Of a stretch of 64,000 nucleotides of DNA, positions 1-12,026 are shown one piece after another. Position 1 is the stretch's first letter; each line of letters begins with the position of its first letter. The notes under the pieces are model-generated. The model saw nothing but the letters and a program-made list of their open reading frames with translations, did no database searches and was not told where the DNA came from. The DNA is taken from assembly GCA_963719315.1 (NCBI GenBank), contig CAVRBU010000002.1, positions 1,920,001-1,984,000 on the forward strand. The letters are read 5' to 3'. A program made the position numbers and the translations under genes. This DNA is from an uncultured Planctomycetota bacterium. Lineage in GTDB: Bacteria; Planctomycetota; Planctomycetia; Pirellulales; Lacipirellulaceae.

Positions 1-28
1 ATTCCGCGCCGGCTGCCCGCTAGAATGA

Positions 29-1777
<1,749 letters not shown>

Positions 1778-1792
1778 GTCGAATCCAAATCT

Positions 1793-2101
1793 TTGCGGAT
1801 GTATGTCGTGATCGATTTTTCTGTATCCGAATTTGAAACCACCATAAGGGATGCCGCGAGCAGCATTGGCAAGACTTTTGCTGAGCGAACGGCGATGTTT
1901 CAGGATCTGATGGAAGTCGTCGAGGTGCTGCAGAGCCACCTATCGCCCAAAGAGCGCGCTCGGCGATCGCGGATCGCGGAACTGCTGGATCCCCTCCCCA
2001 ATCCGTGGTGGAAGAATTTTCGTAAAGAAGCTTTGGCGGAATACCAAGCTAGCCAAACGGAAGAATTCGAGAAATCGATGAGCAAAGAAACACGATCTTG
2101 A
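1793..2101 (+). CDS. hypothetical protein (~100 aa)
   Basis: ORF fills the gap between pyrG and the DUF1844 gene on the same strand; no recognised motif. Confidence 0.5.
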   Translation: MRMYVVIDFSVSEFETTIRDAASSIGKTFAERTAMFQDLMEVVEVLQSHLSPKERARRSRIAELLDPLPNPWWKNFRKEALAEYQASQTEEFEKSMSKETRS

Positions 2102-2103
2102 AA

Positions 2104-2541
2104 ATGCCCGACGACAAGAAAATCATCATCGACGAAGACTGGAAGGCGCAAGTTCAAGCCGAAAAGGAAGCTGCCGCCAAACATGCTGCGGACAAACCTG
2201 CGGGTGATGAGGTCGCCTCAGTTGGCGAGAACCAACCAGACGGTGCTCGATCGCACGCCGAACCGGATCCGGCGCTGCCGCCCGCTTCGTTCGAAATGCT
2301 GGTGACCACGCTCGCCACCGAAGCCCTCGTCGCACTTGGCCAAGTGCCGCATCCGGTAACCGGCAAAGCCGAGTTGCAACGCAACCACGCTCAATATCTG
2401 ATCGATACGCTCGACCTCCTGCGGCAGAAGTGCCAAGGAAATCTTACGCCGGCCGAGCAGGAACTCATCGAGAGCGTGCTGCATCAATTGCGAATGGTGT
2501 TCGTCGCGGTCGCAAATCAGCCGACCCCCACCACGACGTAG
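2104..2541 (+). CDS. DUF1844 domain-containing protein
   Basis: KIIIDEDWK N-terminus; PPASF...ALGQVPHP...AQYLIDTLDLLRQKCQGNLT..E pattern. Confidence 0.85.
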   Translation: MPDDKKIIIDEDWKAQVQAEKEAAAKHAADKPAGDEVASVGENQPDGARSHAEPDPALPPASFEMLVTTLATEALVALGQVPHPVTGKAELQRNHAQYLIDTLDLLRQKCQGNLTPAEQELIESVLHQLRMVFVAVANQPTPTTT

Positions 2542-2958
2542 CTGGACTCGCAAGAGTTCAGTCGCTGAATTATTGCGAGTTCGGCTACTGCCTTCACAGA
2601 AAAATCACACCCAGCCGGTACGCCGTTGGCAAACTGTGCCAGCGAAACCGCGGTAAGGTCACTTGCACTCCCCTTCCGTTTGACGACGGCGGGTCTGTGC
2701 GGCATACGTGCCCGAACTGGGTGTGATTGCTCATCGTGATGCCGCCGTAGTATTTTCATCCGCGCCGGCAGACCAGCAAGCGACTTCGGCTTCGCGCGCA
2801 CAATTTTTCTCGAGTTTTCGTTCTAGCAGTGCTAGCACTAATTGATCTCACGAACGCGCGACCCAACAGTCGATGAAATGTACTGATCTTTTCGTTTGTA
2901 TAGACACAATCGTCGCCCTTTTCGAGCGATCCCGTGCTGATCCCGTGCCCGGGCTCGC

Positions 2959-4291
2959 ATGGCTACGCGCTCGACTTTGTGCCGAATCGAGTCGTCGCCG
3001 TCTCATCAGGCCGATTATCGCCCAGTGCCCCAGCGTACCTCGAACGACCGTCGCGTGGTAATAACCGGCATCGGTGTGATCACGTCGATCGGCCATTCTC
3101 GCGAGGCAGTCTGGCAAGCCATGCAACGCGGCGAATGCGGCGTACGGAAGCTGACTGGCATCCCCAGCATCCCCGATGGCTTGATGCTTGGCGCAACCGC
3201 CGATATCGAGTGCGAATTCCCCGGTCAGCTTAAAAACATCCCTTTTTGTCGCCAAACTGCCGCCGAGGCACTGGCCGACGCTCGCATCCACTTCGCCCGA
3301 GTCGACCGCGATCGTTTCGGCTGTTCGATCGGTGCCCACATGGGCGATACGGGCTACGTCGTGGAGCGATGCGGTCTCCAAGATTCGTTAGATCCCCCCG
3401 GCAAACCGCCCTGGTGGCGCCAGTGGTTTCCAAGCACGGCCTGTGCCACGGTTGCTCAGGATTACGACCTGCGCGGCCCGCGGCTCAGCAACTCCACGGC
3501 TTGCGCCAGCGGAAGCATCGCCATCTTAAAGGCCGTCCGCGCGATCCGCGACGACCAATGCGATCTGGCACTCGCCGGTAGTTCAGAAGCCATCCACCCG
3601 CTGTTCGCCGCCGGTTTCTACAACATGGGCGTGCTAGCAGAACACGCCGATCCAACCCAGGCCTGCCGCCCATTCGACGCCAACCGCAGCGGCTTTGTCA
3701 TGGGCGAAGGCGCCGCTTTGTTCGTGCTCGAACTACTGGAACATGCGCAAGACGCGGGGCCGCAATTTACGCCGAAGTGCTCGGCGGACGCATCTTGAGC
3801 GATGCCCGCCACGTCACAAGCCTCAACGCGAACAGCGACGCCCTCTGCGAGCTGATCCGCGGCACACTGAAGAATTCGCGCTCGCGCCGAGCGACGTCAC
3901 GTACGTGAACGCCCACGGCACCGGCACCAAACAGAACGATCTGCTCGAAAGTCGCGGCATCCGCTCCGCGTTCGGCCGCGCTGCGAATTCGGTGTGTGTT
4001 AGCGCCAATAAAGCCATGCTCGGCCACTTGGTGAACGCCTCGGGTAGCGTCGAGCTGGCGATTACTGCCCTGGCCCTCCGCGATGGTTTCGCGCCCCCGA
4101 CGCTCAATCTCACCCACCCCGACCCCGAGTGTGACCTCGATTGCGTCCCGCTCGTCGGCCGCATGCAGCCGCTGGAGCACGCGCTCAAACTTTCAATCGC
4201 CTTCGGCGGCCACCTCGCTGCTGTCGCCCTCCGCCGCTGGACCGGCCGCGACGCCTGCCAGGCCCGCATTCTGCATCGCATGGCCGCTTAG
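2959..4291 (+). CDS. beta-ketoacyl-ACP synthase II family protein (two frameshifts near 3752 and 3880, probably sequence errors)
   Basis: RRVVITGIG, catalytic TACASG, GFVMGEGA, NAHGTGT, GHL; the middle segment RGAAIYAEVLGG...SDARHVT lies in a third frame. Confidence 0.9.
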
Positions 4292-4395
4292 TTGCACCAC
4301 GTGGGGAAGAGGGTTGTCTCTTCTCTTCGTTTCCAGTCGCAACTGACCTACAATGACCAGTGGACGCTCACGATATCTTCCGATAGGGTTTAGCC

Positions 4396-5043
4396 ATGTC
4401 GACGATCGCTCCGGCGCAAACCGGGATACCCGCAGAAGAACATCTTTTTCTGCAAGGTGTTTCGTACCCCACGTATGATGCGTTGGTCACGGAGGTTGGC
4501 GATCACCGCTCATTGCGCTTCACTTTTCATCGAAGTGAGCTAGAGATCATGTCTCCCAGCCACGATCACGAACGAACCAAAACACTGTTTGGCCGCATGA
4601 TTGAGGTGATAACCGAGGAGTTGAATCTTCCCGTGCTGAGTTGCGGTTCGACCACGTTCAAAGACGCACTACGAGAAGCCGGGCTGGAAGCGGACGAATC
4701 TTATTATATTCAGCATGAAGCCGAAGTGCGCGGTCGAAAGCTCAAACTGGGCGAAGATCCACCGCCTGATCTTGCTATCGAAATCAACGTCACGACGAGC
4801 GCGCTCGATCGACTTGCGATCTATGCAGTGCTTGGATTTCCAGAAATCTGGCAACACGTGAATGGCGAAGTCGTGATTCACCTGTTGCAGGCGACTGGCG
4901 AGTATAAAGTGGCAGCTAAAAGTGCGGCGCTGCCGACGGTCCCCGTGAAAAAGCTTGTCGAACAACTCGAGCGTTGTTATGAGACTGATGAAACGACCTG
5001 GATTCGCGCGTTTCGCCAATGGGTGCGTGGCGGTATGAACTAA
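4396..5043 (+). CDS. Uma2 family (DUF820) putative endonuclease
   Basis: LEIMSPS..HE, GSTTF, EADESYY, PPPDLAIEI, YAVLGFPEIW motifs. Confidence 0.9.
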   Translation: MSTIAPAQTGIPAEEHLFLQGVSYPTYDALVTEVGDHRSLRFTFHRSELEIMSPSHDHERTKTLFGRMIEVITEELNLPVLSCGSTTFKDALREAGLEADESYYIQHEAEVRGRKLKLGEDPPPDLAIEINVTTSALDRLAIYAVLGFPEIWQHVNGEVVIHLLQATGEYKVAAKSAALPTVPVKKLVEQLERCYETDETTWIRAFRQWVRGGMN

Positions 5044-5064
5044 AATCCAAGATTGGACCAATTG

Positions 5065-6357
5065 ATGCGGTTAGTCAGCTACCTTTTTTTGCTCGTGACG
5101 CTGGTCCCACCCGCGGCTGCCGACGACTGGCCCCAATGGGGCGGCCCGCAGCGCGATCTCGTGTGGCGCGAAACCGGCATCGTCGAATCGTTGCCGCCCG
5201 TGGATCCGAGCACGGGCATGCTGCCACGGATGTGGACGGCAAAAATCGGCGCCGGCTATGCCGGCCCCGCCGTCGCGGATGGCCACGTCTACGTCACCGA
5301 TCGGCTCGCCGACAAGAATCTCGAACGCGTGCTGTGCTTCGATGCAAAAACCGGCAACGAACTGTGGAAGCACGAATACAATGCCCGCTATTCGATCAGC
5401 TACCCGCTCGGACCGCGAGCCACACCGACCGTCGATGGTAACCGAGTGTATACGCTGGGCGCCGTCGGCCATCTGTTCTGCTTTGAAGCCACCACAGGCA
5501 AAATCCTCTGGCAGAAACATTTGCCGACCGATTTCGACACGCAATTGCCCTCATGGGGCACCGCTGGCGCACCGCTCGTCGACGGCGAACAGCTCATCGT
5601 GCTGGCCGGCGGTAAGCCTGGCGCCTTAGTCGTCAGCCTCGACAAGAAATCAGGCGCGGAACGCTGGCGCGCACTCGACGGTAAAGAACCCGGCTACTGT
5701 GCCCCGGTAATGATGGAATTTGGCGGCCGGCGTCAACTCATTATCTGGCACCCCGAGGCCGTCGTCGGCCTCGACCCGACTGACGGAACGGTACTGTGGA
5801 AAGAACCGTTCGCGGTGCAGTCCGGTCTGACTATCCCCACGCCGTGCAAGCTTGGCGAGCAGTTGTTCATCACCAGTTTTTACAATGGCCCGCTGATGAT
5901 CGATCTCGGCGATAGTGGCGTTTCGCCCCGCGTCCTCTGGCGCTCGGCCGCCACGAATAATGAGCAGCACAACGACAGTCTGCACGCCATCATGTGTACG
6001 CCCATCGTGACCGACGACTGCATTTACGGCGTCGGCAGCTACGGCGAACTGCGCTGCTTCGACACCAAAACCGGCCAGATGTTGTGGGAAACGAAAGACG
6101 CCACCGGTCCCGGCCGCTGGTGGAATGCGTTCCTCGTGCCGCACGGCGACCGCGTCGTCATCTGCAATGAGCAAGGCGAACTCATCTTCGCCAAACTATC
6201 GCGCGAAGGTTACCAGGAACTAAGTCGCGCGAAATTCATCGAGCCCACGCAGCCGATCATGCGCCGCATGACCGTCTGGTCTCATCCGGCGTTCGCCATG
6301 CAAAGCGTCTTCGCCCGCAACGACGGCGAGTTAGTTCGCGTGAATTTGTCCAAATAA
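5065..6357 (+). CDS. secreted PQQ-like beta-propeller repeat protein (BamB-like, planctomycete-expanded)
   Basis: Signal peptide followed by DWPQWGGP; repeated 'CFDAKTG..LW' blades; C-terminal WSHPA. Confidence 0.9.
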   Translation: MRLVSYLFLLVTLVPPAAADDWPQWGGPQRDLVWRETGIVESLPPVDPSTGMLPRMWTAKIGAGYAGPAVADGHVYVTDRLADKNLERVLCFDAKTGNELWKHEYNARYSISYPLGPRATPTVDGNRVYTLGAVGHLFCFEATTGKILWQKHLPTDFDTQLPSWGTAGAPLVDGEQLIVLAGGKPGALVVSLDKKSGAERWRALDGKEPGYCAPVMMEFGGRRQLIIWHPEAVVGLDPTDGTVLWKEPFAVQSGLTIPTPCKLGEQLFITSFYNGPLMIDLGDSGVSPRVLWRSAATNNEQHNDSLHAIMCTPIVTDDCIYGVGSYGELRCFDTKTGQMLWETKDATGPGRWWNAFLVPHGDRVVICNEQGELIFAKLSREGYQELSRAKFIEPTQPIMRRMTVWSHPAFAMQSVFARNDGELVRVNLSK

Positions 6358-6462
6358 CTCTTCAGCGTGAGCCCCCGATTTCCGCTGTATGAAGAACCAC
6401 GAATACCGATTAAGCCGATCTCGTTTCCGAGAACAATAACAACCAACCCTGGTGAGAAACAA

Positions 6463-6954
6463 ATGAACGCCAAAGACGCCATTCGCACCACGCTCACGAC
6501 CGCCGACTTCCTAGTCCAGAGCTACCTTACGGACATCACGCAGCAGGAACTTTTGACTCGAACAGTCCCGGATGCGAACCACCTCGCTTGGCAGCTTGGC
6601 CACCTGATCTCCGCCGAGTGCCGCCTCGTCGAAGCCGCCGCGCCGGGAACTATGCCGGCACTGCCGAGTGGCTTCGCGGAACGCCACACCAAGGATACGG
6701 CGGCCAGCGACAACCCGAGCGACTTCCTTACCAAAGACGAATACCTGAATCTCGCCAAGACCGTGCGAGCCGGCACAATAAAATCGCTCGACAGTTTTAG
6801 CGAAGCCGACCTCGACAAGCCGGTCACGGCCCGCGTCCCGCCGTTCGTGAAGTGTGCCGGCGATTGCTTCGTAACCGCCGGTGGCCATTGGATCATGCAC
6901 AGCGGCCAATGGGTCGTCTTACGCCGCAAGCTAGGTCGCCCGCGCCAATTCTGA
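6463..6954 (+). CDS. DinB family protein
   Basis: NHLAWQLGHL and HWIMHSGQ His motifs of the DinB four-helix fold. Confidence 0.85.
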   Translation: MNAKDAIRTTLTTADFLVQSYLTDITQQELLTRTVPDANHLAWQLGHLISAECRLVEAAAPGTMPALPSGFAERHTKDTAASDNPSDFLTKDEYLNLAKTVRAGTIKSLDSFSEADLDKPVTARVPPFVKCAGDCFVTAGGHWIMHSGQWVVLRRKLGRPRQF

Positions 6955-7154
6955 TCCGGTAGAGACAAGGCCTGATGGCAGCTCTTCAAAACGGCCCAGC
7001 CTGGCCTTTGCATTCGTGCCAGTTCAGCGGTGCTACGCGTCTTAGGGGCGTAACTGACCCGCTTGCCTCGACCGAGAAAGCACCGCGGACAGAACACGAT
7101 ATCGCACTCACAGAGGTTTCCCGCAAGAAATCTTGAATTGGCAACCCCTTCTTT

Positions 7155-7181
7155 GAACTTTTCGCCCCGCAGCGCAACTTT
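7155..7181 (+). promoter_or_regulatory. possible ECF-type promoter (-35 GAACTT) upstream of the ECF sigma gene
   Basis: GAACTT at 7155-7160, 60 nt upstream of the sigma start; -10 element not clearly canonical. Confidence 0.25.
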
Positions 7182-7219
7182 ATCACAGTAGTACGAGAAA
7201 CGACCCGCTGGGAGCCGGT

Positions 7220-7795
7220 ATGAGCGACGAGGCCGAGCGGCTATATGAGCGTCTGCTAGTCCTACGCTGCCAGACCGGTGATGAAGCTGCATACCGCGAG
7301 CTCGTGGCCCGCTTCGGACCCCGGCTGCATTACTTTTTGCTCAAGCTTTCGGCACGACCGGATCGGGCTGAGGATCTCGCGCAAGAAACCTGGCTGGATG
7401 TGCTCCGCCAGTTGCCGCGGCTGAAAGATGCAGGCGCTTTCACAACGTGGTTGTATCGCATTGCGCATGGCAAAGCGATGCTCGATGCTCGCCGCAGGTG
7501 CCGCGATCCGGAAGCGACGGTCGATGTCGAAATCCTTGTTGATCAAGAAGAAGATTCAATATTCTCGCCCGATCAGGCGGCGGAAATTCACGCGGCGCTC
7601 GATCGATTGGATCCAAGTCAACGCGAGGTGCTCGTCCTCCGATTCCTGGAAGAAATGAGTTACGAAGAAATTGGGAAAGTCGTCGACTGCCCTGTCGGCA
7701 CCGTCCGCTCGCGAATTCACTATGCCAAAGCCGCTCTGCGGCGGCTGCTAAATACCGACCGCGATAAACGACTACCAATCAACGAAGAGGAGTAA
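7220..7795 (+). CDS. ECF RNA polymerase sigma-70 factor
   Basis: Region 2 AEDLAQETW...FTTWLYRIA; region 4 SYEEIG...PVGTVRSRIHYAK. Confidence 0.95.
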   Translation: MSDEAERLYERLLVLRCQTGDEAAYRELVARFGPRLHYFLLKLSARPDRAEDLAQETWLDVLRQLPRLKDAGAFTTWLYRIAHGKAMLDARRRCRDPEATVDVEILVDQEEDSIFSPDQAAEIHAALDRLDPSQREVLVLRFLEEMSYEEIGKVVDCPVGTVRSRIHYAKAALRRLLNTDRDKRLPINEEE

Positions 7796-7800
7796 TCGAT

Positions 7801-8331
7801 ATGTTGGATAAGAACGTCGGCGACGCGCTGCTAAAACTGGACTTATCGCCATCCACCGATCCCCCATTCGATCAAATGGAACGGATCATCGATATCGATC
7901 GGCGGCATGTGAAACGCTGGACGCGCATCGCGATCGCGTTGTGGATACTGGCAGCCCTCGGAGCCGTTTTTATTTTCGTGATGGGAGGTCTGGCGTTTCC
8001 CGCAATCGCCAAAATGATCATGGACGAAAACCAGGCCATAGCCGCCGCGGGAGATGCCGCCGCGGCGGCCGATCGCGGCGACGACGCGAAACCGCCACGC
8101 GGCACGCTCGAAGAACCGGACACGCCGTTTCTAATGCTCGCCAAGTTGACCGCCATGTGCATGGTGTTCGGCACCGCATCGTTCATGGTCTTGGTCTTCG
8201 CCGGCCTGGCTACCGTCCTGCTGCTACTCCGCTCGCGCAGTGCAACGCTTCGCCAAATCAACGCCAATCTTCTTCAAATCTCCAAGCAACTCAAGCAGGC
8301 GCCGCCAAGCGCTCCGGCAAGTAACCCGTAA
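7801..8331 (+). CDS. two-TM membrane protein, probable anti-sigma partner
   Basis: Starts 5 nt after the sigma stop with a GAGGAG SD; two hydrophobic segments. Confidence 0.6.
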   Translation: MLDKNVGDALLKLDLSPSTDPPFDQMERIIDIDRRHVKRWTRIAIALWILAALGAVFIFVMGGLAFPAIAKMIMDENQAIAAAGDAAAAADRGDDAKPPRGTLEEPDTPFLMLAKLTAMCMVFGTASFMVLVFAGLATVLLLLRSRSATLRQINANLLQISKQLKQAPPSAPASNP

Positions 8332-8363
8332 ACAAAAAAAGCCCCGGCGACACGCACGAGGCT
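8331..8363 (-). terminator. intrinsic terminator downstream of fusA
   Basis: Minus strand AGCCTCG-loop-CGGGGCT followed by TTTTTTGTT, 35 nt after the fusA stop. Confidence 0.7.
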
Positions 8364-8398
8364 AATCATTGTCTGGCTAACAGCCAACAGCTTCCCAG

Positions 8399-10494
8399 TT
8401 ATGCCGGCTGCAACTCCGCCTTGCGATCCGCAATGACTTCCGTCTGAATGTTCATCGGCACCGGGCGATACTTCGCCAGCTCCATCGTGAACGTGCCCTG
8501 CCCTTGCGTCATCGAACGCAGATCGGTCGAGTAGCCGAACGTCTCGGCCAGCGGCACCTCGGCAATGATCTTCGTTATGCCGTTGAGCATGTCGGTCGAC
8601 ATCACGATCCCACGGCGAGCCGAAATGTTGCCCACCACGGAGCCCTGAAAATTCTCCGGCACCTCCAGTTCCATCAGCATGATCGGCTCCAGCAGCGCCG
8701 GTTTCATCTTCGGGAAAGTCTCGCGGAAGCAATTTTGGGCGCACACCATAAACGCCATATCCGAGCTATCGACTTCGTGGTGCTTGCCATCGGTCAACTC
8801 GATCTTCATGCCGACGACCGGGAAGCCCGCGACCGGCCCCTTGGCCAACATGTTGCGGAAGCCCTTCTCGATTGCCGGGATGAAATTCTTCGGAATGCGA
8901 CCGCCCACCACTTTGTCCACGAACATCAGTTCGCCTTCGGTCTCAGCCGCCTCTTCGTCCGTCATCGGGGCCATCGTGCCGACGATGTGGGCGTATTGGC
9001 CGGAACCGCCGGTCTGCTTCTTGTGCGTGAAGTCGTACGACGCCGGCTTCGAGGCACTCTCGCGGTAGCTTACCTTCGGCGGCCCGACTTCAACGTCCAC
9101 CTTATACTCGCGCCGAATCCGCTCGACGTAAATCTCCAGGTGCAACTCGCCCATGCCGGCGATCACCGTCTCACTCGTTTCCTCGTCCGTCATCACCTGG
9201 AACGTCGGATCCTCCTTGCGGAACCGTTGCAACGCCTTCGACAGCCGATCGGCGTTGTCGCGCGAAATCGGTGCAATCGACATCTTGATCACCGGCTTGG
9301 CGACGAAAATATTCTCCAGCGTGCAATACTTCGGCTCGCTGCAGTAGGTGTCGCCGCTCGCGCAGTCGATGCCCATGATGGCCACGATATCGCCGGCCTC
9401 GGCCGTGTCGATTTCCTCCCGCTTGTCGGCGTGCATCTTCACGATCCGGCTGAAGCGGTCCTTCTTGCCGGTGCGTTGATTGAAGTAGCTGCCGCCCTTC
9501 TCGACTTTGCCCTGGTAAATTCGCGTGAACGTGAGCTGCCCGAATTCGTCTTCGACGATCTTGAATGCCATGCCTACAAACGGTTTGGCAGAATCGGGCG
9601 ACAATTCCACCACCTTGTCCTGGTCGGTCGGGTCTTTGCCCTTGCTCGGCGAATCCAGTGGCGTCGGCAAATAGCGGACGATCGCGTCCAGCAGCGGCTG
9701 CACGCCCTTGTTCCGGTATGCAGTGCCCAAATACACGGGCGTGAATTCCTGCTCGATGACCGCCGTGCGCACCAGATCGTGAATGATGTCTTCGCTGATC
9801 TCCTCTTCGCTCAATAGCATTTCCATCAGCTTGTCGCTGTACATCGAGAGTGATTCGAGCATGTGGTGCCTGGCCGCCTCGGCCTCTTTTTTCTGCCCCG
9901 CCGGAATGGCTTCCTCGCGAACTTTTTCGCCGTTCGCGCCATCGAAATAAAGGGCCTTCATTGTCACAAGGTCAATCACGCCCTCGAACTTGTCTTCTTT
10001 GCCCACCGGGATCTGCATCAGCACGGCGTCGCAGCCCAGCTTCTCCTTTAACTGCTTGACGACCGAATTCTCGTTTGCGCCGTGCGGTCCATCTTGTTGA
10101 TGAACGCCAACCGCGGCACGTGATACCGCTTCATCTGCCGGTCGACCGTAATCGACTGCGACTGCACGCCGCCGACCGCGCACAATACCAAGATCGCTCC
10201 ATCCAGTACGCGCAAGCTCCGCTCGACCTCGACCGTGAAGTCCACGTGCCCCGGCGTGTCGATGAGATTGATCGTGTGATCCTGCCACTTGAGCGTCGTG
10301 GCGGCGCTGGTAATCGTGATCCCGCGCTCTTTTTCCAGCTCCATGTAATCCATGGTTGCGCCGTCGCCGCCGCCGCGCACATCCTCGATCTTGTGGATGC
10401 GTCCCGCGTAGTACAGAATCCGCTCGCTCAGGGTCGTCTTGCCCGAGTCGATGTGCGCCGAAATACCGATGTTACGAAGCTTTTTGAGGTCCAT
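8399..10494 (-). CDS. fusA: elongation factor G (single frameshift near 10080)
   Basis: [57 protein letters not shown]; split over ORFs 10048-10494 and 8399-10288. Confidence 0.96.
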
Positions 10495-10951
10495 GGATAC
10501 TGTCTCTAACTAAAAACAAACTGCCCGTTCGTCACAGGAAACACCCGTTACGATTTGTCGCGGGTGTGGAGCGGGCGAAAAAATCCATCGCGAACCACGC
10601 GCCGAAGGTCGCCGCGGCGACCGGCCAAAATACCGCTGGCCCAAGTTACAGCACGTAATCCATCGGATGGATCTCCAATAAATCGATATCGCCCGTACGT
10701 CAGGCTTGAGCCTGACGAGAACCGGTCCGCCGACCGGTGGCAGGCGGCCCTGAAAGCAATGGGAGAACTATGTATAGTAATAAATTTGGACGGCTAGGCC
10801 AGAGCAATTTCGTTAATTTCCGGCGTGGTTTCGCCCGGCATTGCCCGAACTCGGGTCGAAAACGCCCGATTTAGGGTGATTCCCACCGTTCCGGAACCCG
10901 GCCGAGCACCTCTTCAGATTCGGACACTTTCACCTCAAACGAGATGACTAC

Positions 10952-11762
10952 GTGGACCAAAACGCTTCAAATCAGCCGCCCGTCCTCCATCCTCGATCGC
11001 CCCTCTTGCGATATCCGTGGCTCACGTTTCTGCTCCCCTTCGTCGTCTACATGCTGGTTGGCTCGTTCGAGCCAGCGCCACCCAAGCCGCCCATTCCTCT
11101 CCCCGATGGCACGTCCCGACCCGCCATCAGCCATAACTGGTTCGGCCTGGAGTACCGCCAATACCCGCTCGTCTACACTGCCAAGATCGCGCTCACGATC
11201 GCGGCGATGCTCTTCGTCCTCCCCGGCTACCGGCAGTTCCCGATTCGCATTTCGTTGCTCGCACTCGTCGTCGGCGTCGTGGGCGTAGTCCTCTGGATCG
11301 GCCTCTGCCACCTACAACTGGAACGCAAAACGCTCGAGCCGCTTGGCCTGGCCAAGCTCTTGGGCCTCGGTGAACGGCCCGCATTTAATCCACTTGCCGA
11401 ACTCGCCGATACGCCGGCATGGGCTTACACTTTTTTGGCCATCCGTTTCGTAGGCCTCGCGCTCATTGTCCCCGTCATCGAAGAGTTCTTCCTCCGCGGG
11501 TTCTTAATGCGCTACGTCGTGAACGAAAACTTCACAGAACGTCCCGTTCGGCCAACTGACGCCCCTCGCGGCCATCGTCGGCACTGCCGTCCCGATGCTG
11601 ATGCACCCCGCCGAACTGCTGGCCGCCCTGGTCTGGTTCGGCCTCATTACCTGGCTCATGACCCGCACCCGCAACATCTGGGACTGCGTCGCCGCCCACG
11701 CCGTTACAAACTTGCTGCTCGGCATCTACGTCGTCACTCAACACCAATGGCAGTTGTGGTAG
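10952..11762 (+). CDS. CAAX prenyl protease-related (CPBP/Abi family) intramembrane metalloprotease, frameshift near 11535
   Basis: VPVIEEFFLRG motif, then in a shifted frame MLMHPAE...DCVAAHAVTNLLLGIYV...WQLW*. Confidence 0.85.
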
Positions 11763-11779
11763 ACGCTGAGTCGACCTGG

Positions 11780-11867
11780 TGGGTGGCATGCTCTCCCGCC
11801 GCGGCGGGTGAGTATATCTCGGGCGGAATCATGCCTACGGTGCAGCGCGGCGAAGGCATCCCACCCA
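11780..11867. repeat. REP-like imperfect palindromic element
   Basis: TGGGTGGCATGC ... GCATCCCACCCA terminal inverted repeat in an intergenic gap. Confidence 0.5.
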
Positions 11868-11986
11868 TCATTTCACTCGCGACTGACCACAATTGCAGTG
11901 TTGGATCGCATCCGATGAGTCCTGCCTTCCCAGCCCACAATCTTGCCAAATGTTGTATGATTTCCTAGCGCAAGAAAGAATCTTCT

Positions 11987-12014
11987 TGCTCCCTGCTCCC
12001 CACTCCCCATTCCC
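11987..12014. repeat. short tandem heptamer repeat
   Basis: TGCTCCC TGCTCCC CACTCCC CATTCCC immediately upstream of the MarC gene. Confidence 0.6.
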
Positions 12015-12026
12015 TGCGTCTTCCGC

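Noticed and set aside
8504..9817. 437-aa plus-strand ORF
   Set aside because: Antisense shadow of fusA
8399..10494. fusA (and cdsA, xdhB and others) as true pseudogenes or programmed frameshifts
   Set aside because: Motifs are intact, no nonsense codons or slippery sites were noticed, and the indel pattern is window-wide; assembly error is more parsimonious
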